A DNA stretch of 64,000 nt from Naegleria gruberi. Lineage: Eukaryota. Position 1 is the stretch's first letter. Each line of letters opens with the position of its first letter. Made by a program: the position numbers and the translations under genes. This document shows positions 10,647 through 20,861 of this stretch, piece by piece. Location of the stretch: the NCBI GenBank assembly GCA_000004985.1, contig GG738913.1, one strand, 5' to 3'. The notes beneath the pieces are model-generated. The model was not told where the DNA came from, searched no databases, and saw nothing but the letters and a program-made list of their open reading frames with translations.

Positions 10647-13101
10647 TTAAAATGAAACTTTGAAATTCTTTTCAATACTTGTATGATAGTTTGTAAAATT
10701 CAATACATCACTATCTCTATAACTTTCCAAAAATCTAGATAATCTCAATATTGCTTGATCTTTAGGATTTGTCTTTAAAACAGATTGCAAATAGTCTGAT
10801 ACAGTATCATACTGATTCTCTGTCAAAGTTCCAGAAAATAATAGTGTGAATTTTGTTGTATACTCATCAAATTTCAAGTTTGATGGTTTCTCTTCCAACT
10901 CAGAATACCATTCATCATCTTTGGCATGATTCTTCTTCACCACTTGATAAATCTCTTCAATTGTCTTATAATCCTGATTGTAGATTCTTTCAATTGGGCG
11001 TACCACAAATCTTCCCTTTGTTGCTATAAAGCACGGTGTATCAGCAACTATAGGAATGTTCATGAAGGTTGAGAATTCATTTAAGGTTTTTGCTCTTTCC
11101 AATACAGAACCAATCAGGGCAAAGTAACGAGTTTGTTTCGAACCAACGTTACCATTCACCATTTTACCAGAAGCCACACCCATGCAGATATCCAATACAG
11201 GCCTTCCTTCCTTAGTGAGATGATCATTGAAAGGAACAAACATGGATCTAATCTTTAAACAAGTTTCCAAAGCAGTATGTGCTGGATTCTTCTCAGAGTT
11301 TGAGAAGAAGATTACAAATTCATTATGACTCTTAATTTGTAAATCTCCTCTGCAAGTTCTACAAATATTCGAAATGGAAGTGAGTGCCTTTGAAATGATA
11401 GTTGCCATAAATCCTGGGTCATAGTCAAATGTTTCTTCTGTCAGATTTGAAAGTGTCAAATAAATGACAGCACATTCAGAACGACTCAGACCAACTTTGA
11501 AAATAGAATTCTTTCCACCTTCATTCATGAAGCTGTCCTTACTAGTTAATGAACCTGTGTGAATTGATTCTGAATAAGTTCCCTTACTAATACTTGAATC
11601 AACGGGTTGTTCTGAATATTTAACTGAACGCCTCCGAGCTCGCTTGCTATCTCTCAAATTTGAATTTTCCAATTGTAACAGGACAGAATCTGGAATAAAC
11701 GATTTGATTTCATTTAACCATCTTACAGTTTCAGTCAAACTAGTATAAATTGTTCTAGATTCACTAAATATGGATTTCCTTGGTCGAATATTTTCAAAAT
11801 CCAAAACTTCAATCATTTTCAAATCTTGCTGCAATGTAAAGAACGGATTTGTAATAACCCATCCAATTACAATACCCACCACAATACCACATAGTGTTAC
11901 AAACACAGTCACACCAATAATAATGTAACTGCTTTGAACTATACCAGCTGTAATCTCTGTATCTGAAATGAAAATGGTCATTCTCCATTTAATATTGTAA
12001 AATGAAAAGGTGCTGGTATCTACCATGTATTTGGTTCCATACGGGTCAATGATATATTTCAATGTATCGTTACATTCCACAAGTTGTTTTAACATTTTCC
12101 CAGCAAATCTTTCCTCTATTGTAAAAATATTTACTCTGTCGAAACGAATACCATCCACACAGAGTGAACTACCAATGAGATAGTTGGTATCATATTCTGA
12201 TAGTACAACAAAACCATGAGTCATGACTTTGACTTGGCTTAAATAATTGGAAATTGCTTCCAGGGATAAATTGATTTTAGAAAGTCCAATTCTATTTTTC
12301 ACACCTGGATATTCTGTCCTGTTGTAAATGGGTGTACTCCAATATGTTGCAACAGCTGCTCCCAGTGCTATTTCGATTGTTCAATTAAGAAATTAAATTC
12401 AAAGTATTTGAAAACTCACGTTTGTAAGGTTGTCCAAATCCACCCTCAGGATTACTCTTCAACATTTGAAGAGATTCCTTATAATAACCAGTATTTGAAA
12501 CTACATAACTCGTATTCTGTGTAATCCAATCAAATTGAGTCTTTCCAGTTTCTGGATTAGTCCAATATAAAATCATTCGCTTCTCCGCCTGTTTCTTCCT
12601 AAAGAATGACAAATTATCATATGTTGTTGTGTATCCATATGAAATGTCATTCCCTCTCTCTCCAAAACAAAAATTAAGGAGTGTGACATTGAACAGTTTC
12701 AGTCTACTAAACAGATATTCCTTAATATTATCATTCATGTCAATGTAACCATTGTAATAATCTTTGGCCATGGCATCAGCCACATATTTAGGACGCATTA
12801 ATTGCCTGTACAAGAACTCGCTTATAGTGTTTTTCATATTACTAACAATTTGGTCGGCCTGATCCAATGCAACAGTTTCATTCATGGAGTAAGATGTTGC
12901 CCAAATGGAAACTGCTGTGAAAACCACTAGCAATATAATGGTAATGATCAAAATTAGACGGATACTAAGCAGATATTTGAGAAGTATATTTCGTTTCTTT
13001 GCTGGCACGTTAGTTACGTCTGAACCATCTTCTTCATCTAACATATCGAGAGTCATTTGAGGAAGTGATGAATCCACATTCTGAGGTATTATCTTGACCA
13101 T
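10647..13101 (-). CDS. receptor-type class III nucleotidyl cyclase-like protein (TM - extracellular sensor domain - TM - cyclase homology domain), exons 12420..13101 and 10647..12367
   Basis: ATG at 13099-13101. A GTGAGT...ATAG intron (~12368..12419, 52 nt) joins the two ORFs in frame (...GQPYK|P|LGAAVATYW...). TM helices LILIITIILLVVFTAVSIWA and IIIGVTVFVTLCGIVVGIVIGWVI. The C-terminal block MGVASGKMVNGNVGSKQTRYFALIGSVLERAKTLNEFS matches the cyclase beta4-beta5 (RIGIH.G.V.AGVIG..R..YD.WGD.VN.A.R.E.). Confidence 0.7.
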
Positions 13102-14053
13102 TTTCTATCTAACTATGATGTATATTAATTATATAAGTATTATTATTGTGATGATGATGATTAATTTTCCTTAATGATGATGTTAATTGTTTTTAATTAT
13201 TTTCTATTAAGGTATGAAGGAGGACGGATATGAATTTGTTCTTGTTGGGTAGCTGCAATAATCTCTATTTGTAAAACAAACACGGAAATTACTGTTAATG
13301 TTGGTAGTGCAGCTAGTTGATGTGTTGTTCGTTGAGTTGTTTGTTATATGTGAATCCTTGAAAGAAACAAAAACGTTTTGAGCACTAAACAACCTACCGT
13401 ACATTAAACAATAAACGTTAACATAAACCAAGTTGGAAGTAGCAATCATGTTTGGCCGTGGCAGATCGTTGAAGTGCGTTTATGAGAACAATTAAGGCAA
13501 AATACAGTATTAATGACACAAACTGGATATTAGAATCCTCAATATTGAGAACATTGTTGGCTTACAGTTCTCCTTACGAAGAGTGTGTTGCTTTTTGGCG
13601 GGAAAGTCCAGAAGGAAGGGATCAGCGTATTTGAAAGGATGTTCTCTATAAGCCACACAATGGTGTTTGAGTATAATTGAATGTCCAAATCAAACACAGA
13701 CAAATTTGGTTATAGGAATAGACAGAAAGTTTTCATGTGATAGTCCATTTAAGTTGGTCTTTGTCTTGTCTACATTATATGAGACCAATCAGAGAAGCTG
13801 CATCAATTCCTTAAGAACGTTCTCAACAAGTGGAGATGAAGTATTTGAAAATAATTCCTTAAAGGAGGGTCATGGAAAACTCTTGATTTAAGGGCGGTGA
13901 ATATAGTGAAGATAGTATTTTGAATGTTACATTCAACAATTTCAAAGAACTCTCTGATCGTTAATAATAATAGATTCATAATTATAAAATCTGATTTAAA
14001 AGGTGAAAATCACACAAGTGAAGTTTGTGAATTTTAAAATTCAAACAAAAAAA

Positions 14054-14737
14054 ATGATTGAAATCTTTGCATGGATTGTTATTGTAATTGTGCTCTCTCT
14101 TGTTGCTTCCTATCATTACTACATGAATATCCGATCTGAACAACCCTATCTCAGGAAGGGCTCCGAATCACTAGAATCAAAGCCGATTAAAATTATTCTT
14201 CATGGACCTTGTGCTTCTGGAAAATCAACTCATTCTAAAGAATTATCAAAGTCGTTGAATATTCCAGTAATTGATTCCGATTTTCACAGATTTTATCCAG
14301 CTCATGAATTTGAGTGGAAGAATAAGAGTAGAGCAGAGTTTGTTGCAGCTGTTGAGAAGGATATGGATCAATATAGAGAGAAAGGTTGGGTGTTTGATGG
14401 CCGAGTGTTGCAATTACCATCTGTGGTGAGAGAGGCAAATGTTTTGATCATGATGGATTATGCACTCATTGTTACCTATTGGAGATTGTTAGTAAGGTGT
14501 GTCAGTAGATGTATTTCAAAGACCAAGTGTTGTAATGGGAATGTTGAGAGATGGACCAATCAATTGGGGAAGGACTCACTCTTTGTGTTTGAATTCAGTT
14601 GTATGGTAGATGCTAAGAAACGTGATATTGGAATGAACAAACATTTCGAGGAGAATCCTCATCTTCATATTTTCAGAGTGCTTTCGCCACGAGATATGGA
14701 AGATTTGTTAAAGAAACTTAATTTTAAAAATTTGTAA
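14054..14737 (+). CDS. membrane-anchored P-loop NTPase (adenylate-kinase / topology-modulation-protein-like)
   Basis: ATG at 14054 (the ORF track starts at a GTG at 14003). N-terminal signal anchor MIEIFAWIVIVIVLSLVA. Walker A motif ILHGPCASGKST. Confidence 0.6.
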   Translation: MIEIFAWIVIVIVLSLVASYHYYMNIRSEQPYLRKGSESLESKPIKIILHGPCASGKSTHSKELSKSLNIPVIDSDFHRFYPAHEFEWKNKSRAEFVAAVEKDMDQYREKGWVFDGRVLQLPSVVREANVLIMMDYALIVTYWRLLVRCVSRCISKTKCCNGNVERWTNQLGKDSLFVFEFSCMVDAKKRDIGMNKHFEENPHLHIFRVLSPRDMEDLLKKLNFKNL

Positions 14738-14774
14738 ATATGAATTGTAAATGGTGATACATTTATCCAAATAA

Positions 14775-16160
14775 TTATTGTTCCTTTTTGTTCAAACTAA
14801 AAGGTTGTTGGAATTGGTGCATCATTGGTTGTGGAAATAATTGATAAGGTTGTGCTGGTTGAATTATTTGATGTTGATCTTGTAAAGGTTGTAGTGGATA
14901 TTGTAATAGTGGTTGAAACTGTTGCACACTAGGTTGTGGATATACTTGATAAGGTTGCTGTACTCCAGATTGCACAAATTGTGTTGACATAAATGGAGCT
15001 AGCTGGTTCATTTCAAATGGGTGAATAAGTGTTGGCATATTGAATAGTGTTGGTTGAATAATTGGAGTTTCTTGTTGTGTTGGTTTTGGCTCAAAATCTG
15101 AAGAACCAGCCATTGAAATTGTGCAATCATATTCGTATAGCTCGCTGCAATAGTTATAACCAACATCCAGGCTAACTAACATGATAAAAGATCTTATTGC
15201 ACTCCTATCAAGTCCAATCAAAGACATTATTTGTGCTATCTGCTCGTCACTTCTTTTAACTTTAGGATCTGAGTACTCACGATAAGTTTCAAGTAAGAGG
15301 TCTGAATTTTGCCAATCGAATGAGTTCAGTACCATTTCGTAAGTGACAGACATTTCCACAGAGCTGTCACCATGATTTGGAGACATTTTAGAATAGTCAA
15401 GATGAAATTTCACAAAACCATACTCTCCAAGATTGAGCATTGAAGTCACTTTCACATTTGTTATACTATCCTTTGCAATATAATTGGAATCGTTCTCAAT
15501 ATCTAAAACAAACAGTCTTGGCTCGACAATCTTTTTGATTTTTTCATAATTTGGTTCTGCATATAACTCATAATCTCTAATCCGATATTCAGACCTTACT
15601 AATGGTTCAAAGTTAGCATGTTTCTTCTTTGCACGTTCCAAAACAAACATATTAAACAGAAAAGACTTTTGACATGCCTGAAATTGACCAACAGCGGAAA
15701 ATTCAAAGTTGCATATCTTTTGATAACGTGTTTTCCATTGACCATTAAAATCAACCATAATCCAATCATACCATGCTTTACAAACACATCTCAATATTGT
15801 AAGAATACTCTCCACATCAAACCAAGAAATAATTTCAAAAAACACATCCTTCTGATTCAACAATAATTCAATCTCTATGGGAACAAAATTTCTCTTATCG
15901 TAAACCTTTAGTTTCTTCCACTCAGAAGGAATAGTTTCTTCAGAGGAATCAATTTTCCTTTTTTTAACTCCTTGATGATTGCCACTACCACTCTTATCAT
16001 CATTATCATCTGTTGAAGTAATGACTGACAATGATTTTGGAGCATCAATTTCATAAACTTCGGGACGGACCAAATTTCCTTCTTGCACTACACAATTAAT
16101 TTGCAATCGCTTTCCTGCATGGAAGATGAAGAAAGTTGGGGGGTGATTGTTTGTTGCCAT
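14775..16160 (-). CDS. F-box protein with Q/P-rich prion-like C-terminal tail
   Basis: ATG at 16158-16160 (the ORF track starts at a TTG at 16178). F-box motif IELLLNQKDVFFEIISWFDVESILTILRCVCKAWYDWI. C-terminal (QP/QF)n repeats. Confidence 0.65.
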   Translation of the reverse strand: MATNNHPPTFFIFHAGKRLQINCVVQEGNLVRPEVYEIDAPKSLSVITSTDDNDDKSGSGNHQGVKKRKIDSSEETIPSEWKKLKVYDKRNFVPIEIELLLNQKDVFFEIISWFDVESILTILRCVCKAWYDWIMVDFNGQWKTRYQKICNFEFSAVGQFQACQKSFLFNMFVLERAKKKHANFEPLVRSEYRIRDYELYAEPNYEKIKKIVEPRLFVLDIENDSNYIAKDSITNVKVTSMLNLGEYGFVKFHLDYSKMSPNHGDSSVEMSVTYEMVLNSFDWQNSDLLLETYREYSDPKVKRSDEQIAQIMSLIGLDRSAIRSFIMLVSLDVGYNYCSELYEYDCTISMAGSSDFEPKPTQQETPIIQPTLFNMPTLIHPFEMNQLAPFMSTQFVQSGVQQPYQVYPQPSVQQFQPLLQYPLQPLQDQHQIIQPAQPYQLFPQPMMHQFQQPFSLNKKEQ

Positions 16161-16421
16161 TTTTTTTCTGATTTTCAATGGAAATTATTTTGCATATTTT
16201 ACAAAACTTAATTTAGGATGTAAATTGTTTAAGTGTTATATTGATTCACCATAGAATAAACACCAGATCCAAACCTGCACGAATTTTGCATATAATTGTG
16301 TGTTAAAACATTGGAGGGTAAGGAAAATTATTTCCCAAATCTGTAATGCAGATCATGCCATACATTGGAGGAGCATGATTATATTTCCTTAAGCCAACAC
16401 ATCTTCCCTGTTGGGCATGTT

Positions 16422-17708
16422 CTAAAAACTCCTGTTTGGTGGAGGCAATGTAAACATTCTTGGAACAAACACTGCAATATTTAACATTAACTTGAGTGGA
16501 TGGAAGTGCTGAATCATCAAAATTGATAGGACACTTGGATTTTGTAAATATTTTGAATTGTAAAATTGTAAACAAACCTTATAGATCCACTCACAATTCT
16601 CAATGAAAGGAACAGTAACAATGTTATGAGAAACAGGATATAAAGTGTCTTGATTATCTGAATTTTGATTGAGAAAGAGGGGAAGCTTATGAGGTTCGTA
16701 TAGTCTAATGTGGGCTATTCTTCTCCTCAGCGTGTGCATCCAATTTGAAATATTGAGCGCCTTATTGAATCTTGGAAAGAAGAAACAAACAAGTGGCTTC
16801 CAAATGAATTCTTGAACTTGAGAAAATGATTCATTTTCATCTTTTTGATATTCTTGTATCTGTTCCTCTAAAAGTAGCTTATTTGCTAAATCTTTTTTCG
16901 TATAATCAAAGTGAAACGAATATTTCAACATCAACAGAGATCCTGATTTGTATGAAGTTTGATTGAGGAATAATTTCAAAAGTTTGGCATTACATTGTCC
17001 AATATTCAACAAATCCTTAGCAAATAGAAAAGTTCCAATATGAATCAATATATCATAGGGGAGCTCACAGAATAGAGATTCACTACTTTTGTCACATCTT
17101 GGATCATACTCTAAAGAATCTATTTTATCAGTGCTGTCAAGTAGATCATGCCAAATGTTATGACCATTGTTGGTATTATTGGTGGTGATTGGTATTTGTG
17201 CATTTTGATCAAAGGAGAGATTTATCAATGGCATTGAATTATCTGACTTGTCTTCCACTTTTGATTTTTGATTCGATTCTTCTGTTGGTCTATCTTTCAA
17301 TTTATCCACAAGTCTTTGATGATTATCCCGTTTCAACTGTGAAGCAACGTTCAATTGAGAAGATATCAAACAAATCAAATCATCAAGAGCTCTATCTCCA
17401 CTTTCCAATTGATTAACTGAAGCCTTCGGATGATCCAAAACTTTCCTCACCTTTTCAACTTGATCTGGTAATTTATTCTCCAATGATTCGATACTCTGTG
17501 GAAATAATTTCCTAGAATTGTGTGATGATGAAGAATTAATTTTTTGCTTCTTCGGAATTGATTTTTCCTCTGCATTATGATCTACACGATTATTATTACC
17601 ATTAGAATTTGAGCCATTATTATTAATATTGGTCAAATCATGGATTAATGTTTTGAAGGATGAAAATAAAGTGTTGGATTTTTCATGGTTTTGATTGTGT
17701 TTGGACAT
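16422..17708 (-). CDS. F-box-like protein; a possible alternative 3' exon encodes a Cys/His zinc-finger-like motif (16303..16575)
   Basis: ATG at 17706-17708. F-box-like LPYDILIHIGTFLFAKDLLNIGQCNAKL. The overlapping frame 16303..16575 encodes CPINFDDSALPSTQVNVKYCSVCSKNVYIASTKQEFLEHAQQGRCVG. That frame could be joined by a putative 44-nt GTTTGT..AAG intron, which is weak. Confidence 0.5.
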   Translation of the reverse strand: MSKHNQNHEKSNTLFSSFKTLIHDLTNINNNGSNSNGNNNRVDHNAEEKSIPKKQKINSSSSHNSRKLFPQSIESLENKLPDQVEKVRKVLDHPKASVNQLESGDRALDDLICLISSQLNVASQLKRDNHQRLVDKLKDRPTEESNQKSKVEDKSDNSMPLINLSFDQNAQIPITTNNTNNGHNIWHDLLDSTDKIDSLEYDPRCDKSSESLFCELPYDILIHIGTFLFAKDLLNIGQCNAKLLKLFLNQTSYKSGSLLMLKYSFHFDYTKKDLANKLLLEEQIQEYQKDENESFSQVQEFIWKPLVCFFFPRFNKALNISNWMHTLRRRIAHIRLYEPHKLPLFLNQNSDNQDTLYPVSHNIVTVPFIENCEWIYKVCLQFYNSKYLQNPSVLSILMIQHFHPLKLMLNIAVFVPRMFTLPPPNRSF

Positions 17709-18175
17709 TTTTTATGATTTGGATTGTAATGGAAATGACATCAACACACATGCTTTGTGACCTATGTGAGATTTTTCTATTGGTCGAGTAGACATAATCA
17801 TGACATCACAATTGTTTACCATTTATTTAGTCAGTTTCGCGCTAAAAAATACAATGAAATTACTTTCAAAGATAACATTGTAAATTTGGTGTTAGTAAAT
17901 ACTGTTTCCTACCTGTTTCACCTCATATTTTGATTTGGGAAATGCTTTCAAAATAAAGATATATAATTTCTATTATTTGGATCATCTATGAAGATGTATT
18001 GTTTGTGGTAATGTTGGATACATATTTGTACTCTCCATTCTCTATTTCCTTAATAAATTCCAACCTCATTGTGATGATTCATTCGTTGATCGTCCCAATG
18101 TTGATTTGATGATGTTTTGTTGCATTCGGAGCTTCATTTCTCTTTTCTTATTAATTAATTTAATAAATATCCAAT

Positions 18176-18952
18176 TTACCTTTTTTTTCGTAAAATCTTT
18201 TTTCGTGGGATATCTTCATCTTCCTCCTCAATTGCATTGAGGCTCATAATTTCCGAATTTATTGGTGTATTGTTGGATAAAGTTGTTGTTTTTTCACGTG
18301 TTTTTCTCTTCTTTCCGAAACCTTGCTCTCGTTCAAAATCAAGTAAATTATCGATGACTGTTTTATCAATTACCAGTGCATTGACATTAGCATCTGCTTC
18401 CGACTTGGTTTTTTGTTCATTGATTTGAATCATTTGAGAAAGCCTGGACAATAACTGTTCTGCATTCTGAGATATTGCATTGTCTTTCTTAAGCAACCCA
18501 TCATATGTTCTCTTTGCATTAGATATTCTACAGTCAGGCATTAGTTGAAAGTAACTGTTTCTGAGAGGGCAATAGTATTTGCCTTGTTCTGGAAAGAATG
18601 TAACTTTGAATTGAAAGGGAATTGACTTGTTAAAAGTTTCGTTCCAGTGTTTCTCGTGTTTCGTATAACTATTAGCCAGTGTTATATTGGGATCAGTTGC
18701 TGAGCTGTTTGTGATAGATTTGGTTCTTTCTGCTTGTTTTGGCCTTTCAAGAAACATTTCTATTGCAAATTGTTTTCCCGTAGTGTCACAAATGGTTTTA
18801 ATAATGTTTGTTGAGCCAACACATTTTCTCAACAATGCAATGTTTACAATATCCATCCTAATAAAATCTTGCATGAGCTTATCACAGGTTTCGAGTTCGA
18901 ATCCTTGTTCAATCATGAATTGATGCACATCACCTAAACCTTTATAATCCAT
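18176..18952 (-). CDS. hypothetical protein (258 aa) with basic C-terminal NLS-like tail
   Basis: ATG at 18950-18952. Non-repetitive N-terminal domain. C-terminal KKRKTREK...RKKILRKKR. Confidence 0.5.
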   Translation of the reverse strand: MDYKGLGDVHQFMIEQGFELETCDKLMQDFIRMDIVNIALLRKCVGSTNIIKTICDTTGKQFAIEMFLERPKQAERTKSITNSSATDPNITLANSYTKHEKHWNETFNKSIPFQFKVTFFPEQGKYYCPLRNSYFQLMPDCRISNAKRTYDGLLKKDNAISQNAEQLLSRLSQMIQINEQKTKSEADANVNALVIDKTVIDNLLDFEREQGFGKKRKTREKTTTLSNNTPINSEIMSLNAIEEEDEDIPRKKILRKKR

Positions 18953-19046
18953 TTGTTTTGTTTTTTTTGTTTATTTTCTTCGTAATCCGTAATCCGATTT
19001 TAAATTTTGGGAATTAAAACATTGTTAAACATTTAGTTCAACTTTA

Positions 19047-20861
19047 TTAATTAAATTGGTTATTTTGGAAGAGTGCATTCAACACTTGTGAATTGGAAGG
19101 TGATGTCTTTTGGTACATCATGTTATGAAGTGGTCTGAAGGCAAAATCATATTCTCCATTTTTGAAAGTGAAATAGTCCAAAAACATGAGTCTGCCATTA
19201 ATTTTAAGGAAGAGCTTGGCTCTTATTTGTGGTAATTGACACAGCGAGAGAGGTATAACAGGTACTCTAAATACTAGGAGTTTGGAGGTTACCTCTATAA
19301 CCAAACCATTTTCAATTTGAACATCTTGAGGTTCACAAGCAATGAATAAAACAGAAATCTTATCATTTCTGGAGAAACCCTCAGGATGATTATTGATAAT
19401 TGTACAAATGCCAGCCTCGTTAAACTCACATGATAATGTTGAGCATTCAAATGGAGGAGTATTATACTGTTGCATATTGTACTGTTGGTCGAATTGGTTA
19501 GGGAAGTTAGGTGTGGATGGTGAATAGAGTGAATTTGATTGTGGTGTCGATGAGAAGGATGTTCTCAATCGTGGAGAAGGATTTGGAGAGGTATTGTTGG
19601 AATTGATTACAAACTCAGATGAATACTGATCTGATAAGTAATGTTGGCGAGGGGAACTACTGTTTCCCAATATTCTATCGTTTGAATCGAACAATAAACT
19701 TGTGGTTGATGGATGACTCAACACACTACTAGCAAAATTGCCACTTGTGCAATAACTAGTACTCGAAGAAACACTTGAATTTTTCTGTCCAAAGTTACTT
19801 GACTGATAACTTGATGGAGAGGAAAATTCAGATGGATAATTCTGTAAATAACGTGGGGTATTGACAGTACTTGAACTGTTGTTAAGTTGATTAAACCTTG
19901 GACTAATACTACCAATGGAGGTGGTAGTTGTGGATGGGCTAAGTGGCATGAGAGGAGAACCAATCATGTGCGTCGAGGAGCTATATGCATTGGTGTTCAA
20001 GAATTGGGTTGGGAATGGACTCGATCCATTTGAACCACAACTTTGAGGAGTTTGTGGATTTTGTTGGTTATCAATAATAGTTGAGGTTGAGGTAGATAAT
20101 TCTGTTAATGATTTGGATGCTGCATGAAGAGAGATGAGAGGTTTTGGAGTGGCTGCAGATCGCTTCCTTTGTTGTGGTTGAGAAGCAGATCTGTTTCTGG
20201 TTGGTCCATCGATATGTGTGGAATTCCTTGCCTCATTGGTGTTAACTGTATCAATACCATTTGGACAATCTCTAGAGACAAATTTCGAAACAAAGACACT
20301 AGTAGCAAAGACTACACTAGTCCTCATGCACTTTCTGTGTCCAAAACTAAGTACGATATAACCTAAATTTTCAATCTCGAATAAGAAGGTAATATATTTT
20401 GCAATATTTCTGGAAGTTTTCTTTGAAATCTTACTGACTACCAACTTTAAATTTTGTGAATAGACGAAAGGTTGTGGTGACTTGGCTTCAACTTCAAATA
20501 AGCCTCTTTCTAACAGTATGCAACCTGGATTAGAATCTGAACTGTTTCCAAAGTATTTAGTTGGACATTCACCAAGTTGTGTAAGAATAAATGTCGAGCC
20601 GACTAATCTCATCTTGAGACAATTGCCATACTCATCTCTCACAGTCAAATGCGTATTACTTCTCAAATTGGCACTTCCTCTCATATTCAACACTACATTC
20701 TTCATCTTATCAAACTCATCATAATAACCAACATTAAAATCCAACGAAATATGATCATTGGAAAATTGTGCCGATTGACTCGTCAAGTAGTGATAACTAT
20801 CATGATCCTGCATATAGGATTGATTATTCATCATCATTTCTTCATCATCGTCATCTTCCAT
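19047..20861 (-). CDS. putative nuclear DNA-binding protein: structured N-terminal domain, long Ser/Thr/Asn/Pro-rich linker, structured Cys-containing C-terminal (IPT/TIG-like?) domain
   Basis: ATG at 20859-20861. Acidic N-terminus MEDDDDEE. The domain organisation resembles p53-like/NDT80-type or CudA-like regulators. Family assignment is uncertain. Confidence 0.5.
   Translation of the reverse strand: MEDDDDEEMMMNNQSYMQDHDSYHYLTSQSAQFSNDHISLDFNVGYYDEFDKMKNVVLNMRGSANLRSNTHLTVRDEYGNCLKMRLVGSTFILTQLGECPTKYFGNSSDSNPGCILLERGLFEVEAKSPQPFVYSQNLKLVVSKISKKTSRNIAKYITFLFEIENLGYIVLSFGHRKCMRTSVVFATSVFVSKFVSRDCPNGIDTVNTNEARNSTHIDGPTRNRSASQPQQRKRSAATPKPLISLHAASKSLTELSTSTSTIIDNQQNPQTPQSCGSNGSSPFPTQFLNTNAYSSSTHMIGSPLMPLSPSTTTTSIGSISPRFNQLNNSSSTVNTPRYLQNYPSEFSSPSSYQSSNFGQKNSSVSSSTSYCTSGNFASSVLSHPSTTSLLFDSNDRILGNSSSPRQHYLSDQYSSEFVINSNNTSPNPSPRLRTSFSSTPQSNSLYSPSTPNFPNQFDQQYNMQQYNTPPFECSTLSCEFNEAGICTIINNHPEGFSRNDKISVLFIACEPQDVQIENGLVIEVTSKLLVFRVPVIPLSLCQLPQIRAKLFLKINGRLMFLDYFTFKNGEYDFAFRPLHNMMYQKTSPSNSQVLNALFQNNQFN

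Noticed and set aside
12360-12440. Apparent 1-nt disagreement between my base counting and ORF-track coordinates (also near 48710)
   Set aside because: It is treated as a counting or formatting offset rather than biology. Frames were taken from the ORF track, and splice coordinates are given as ±1–2 nt.
16575-16600. GTGAGT...AAG 17-nt segment as an intron in the F-box-like gene
   Set aside because: It is far shorter than any validated intron here (44–74 nt). The main frame reads through it without a stop.
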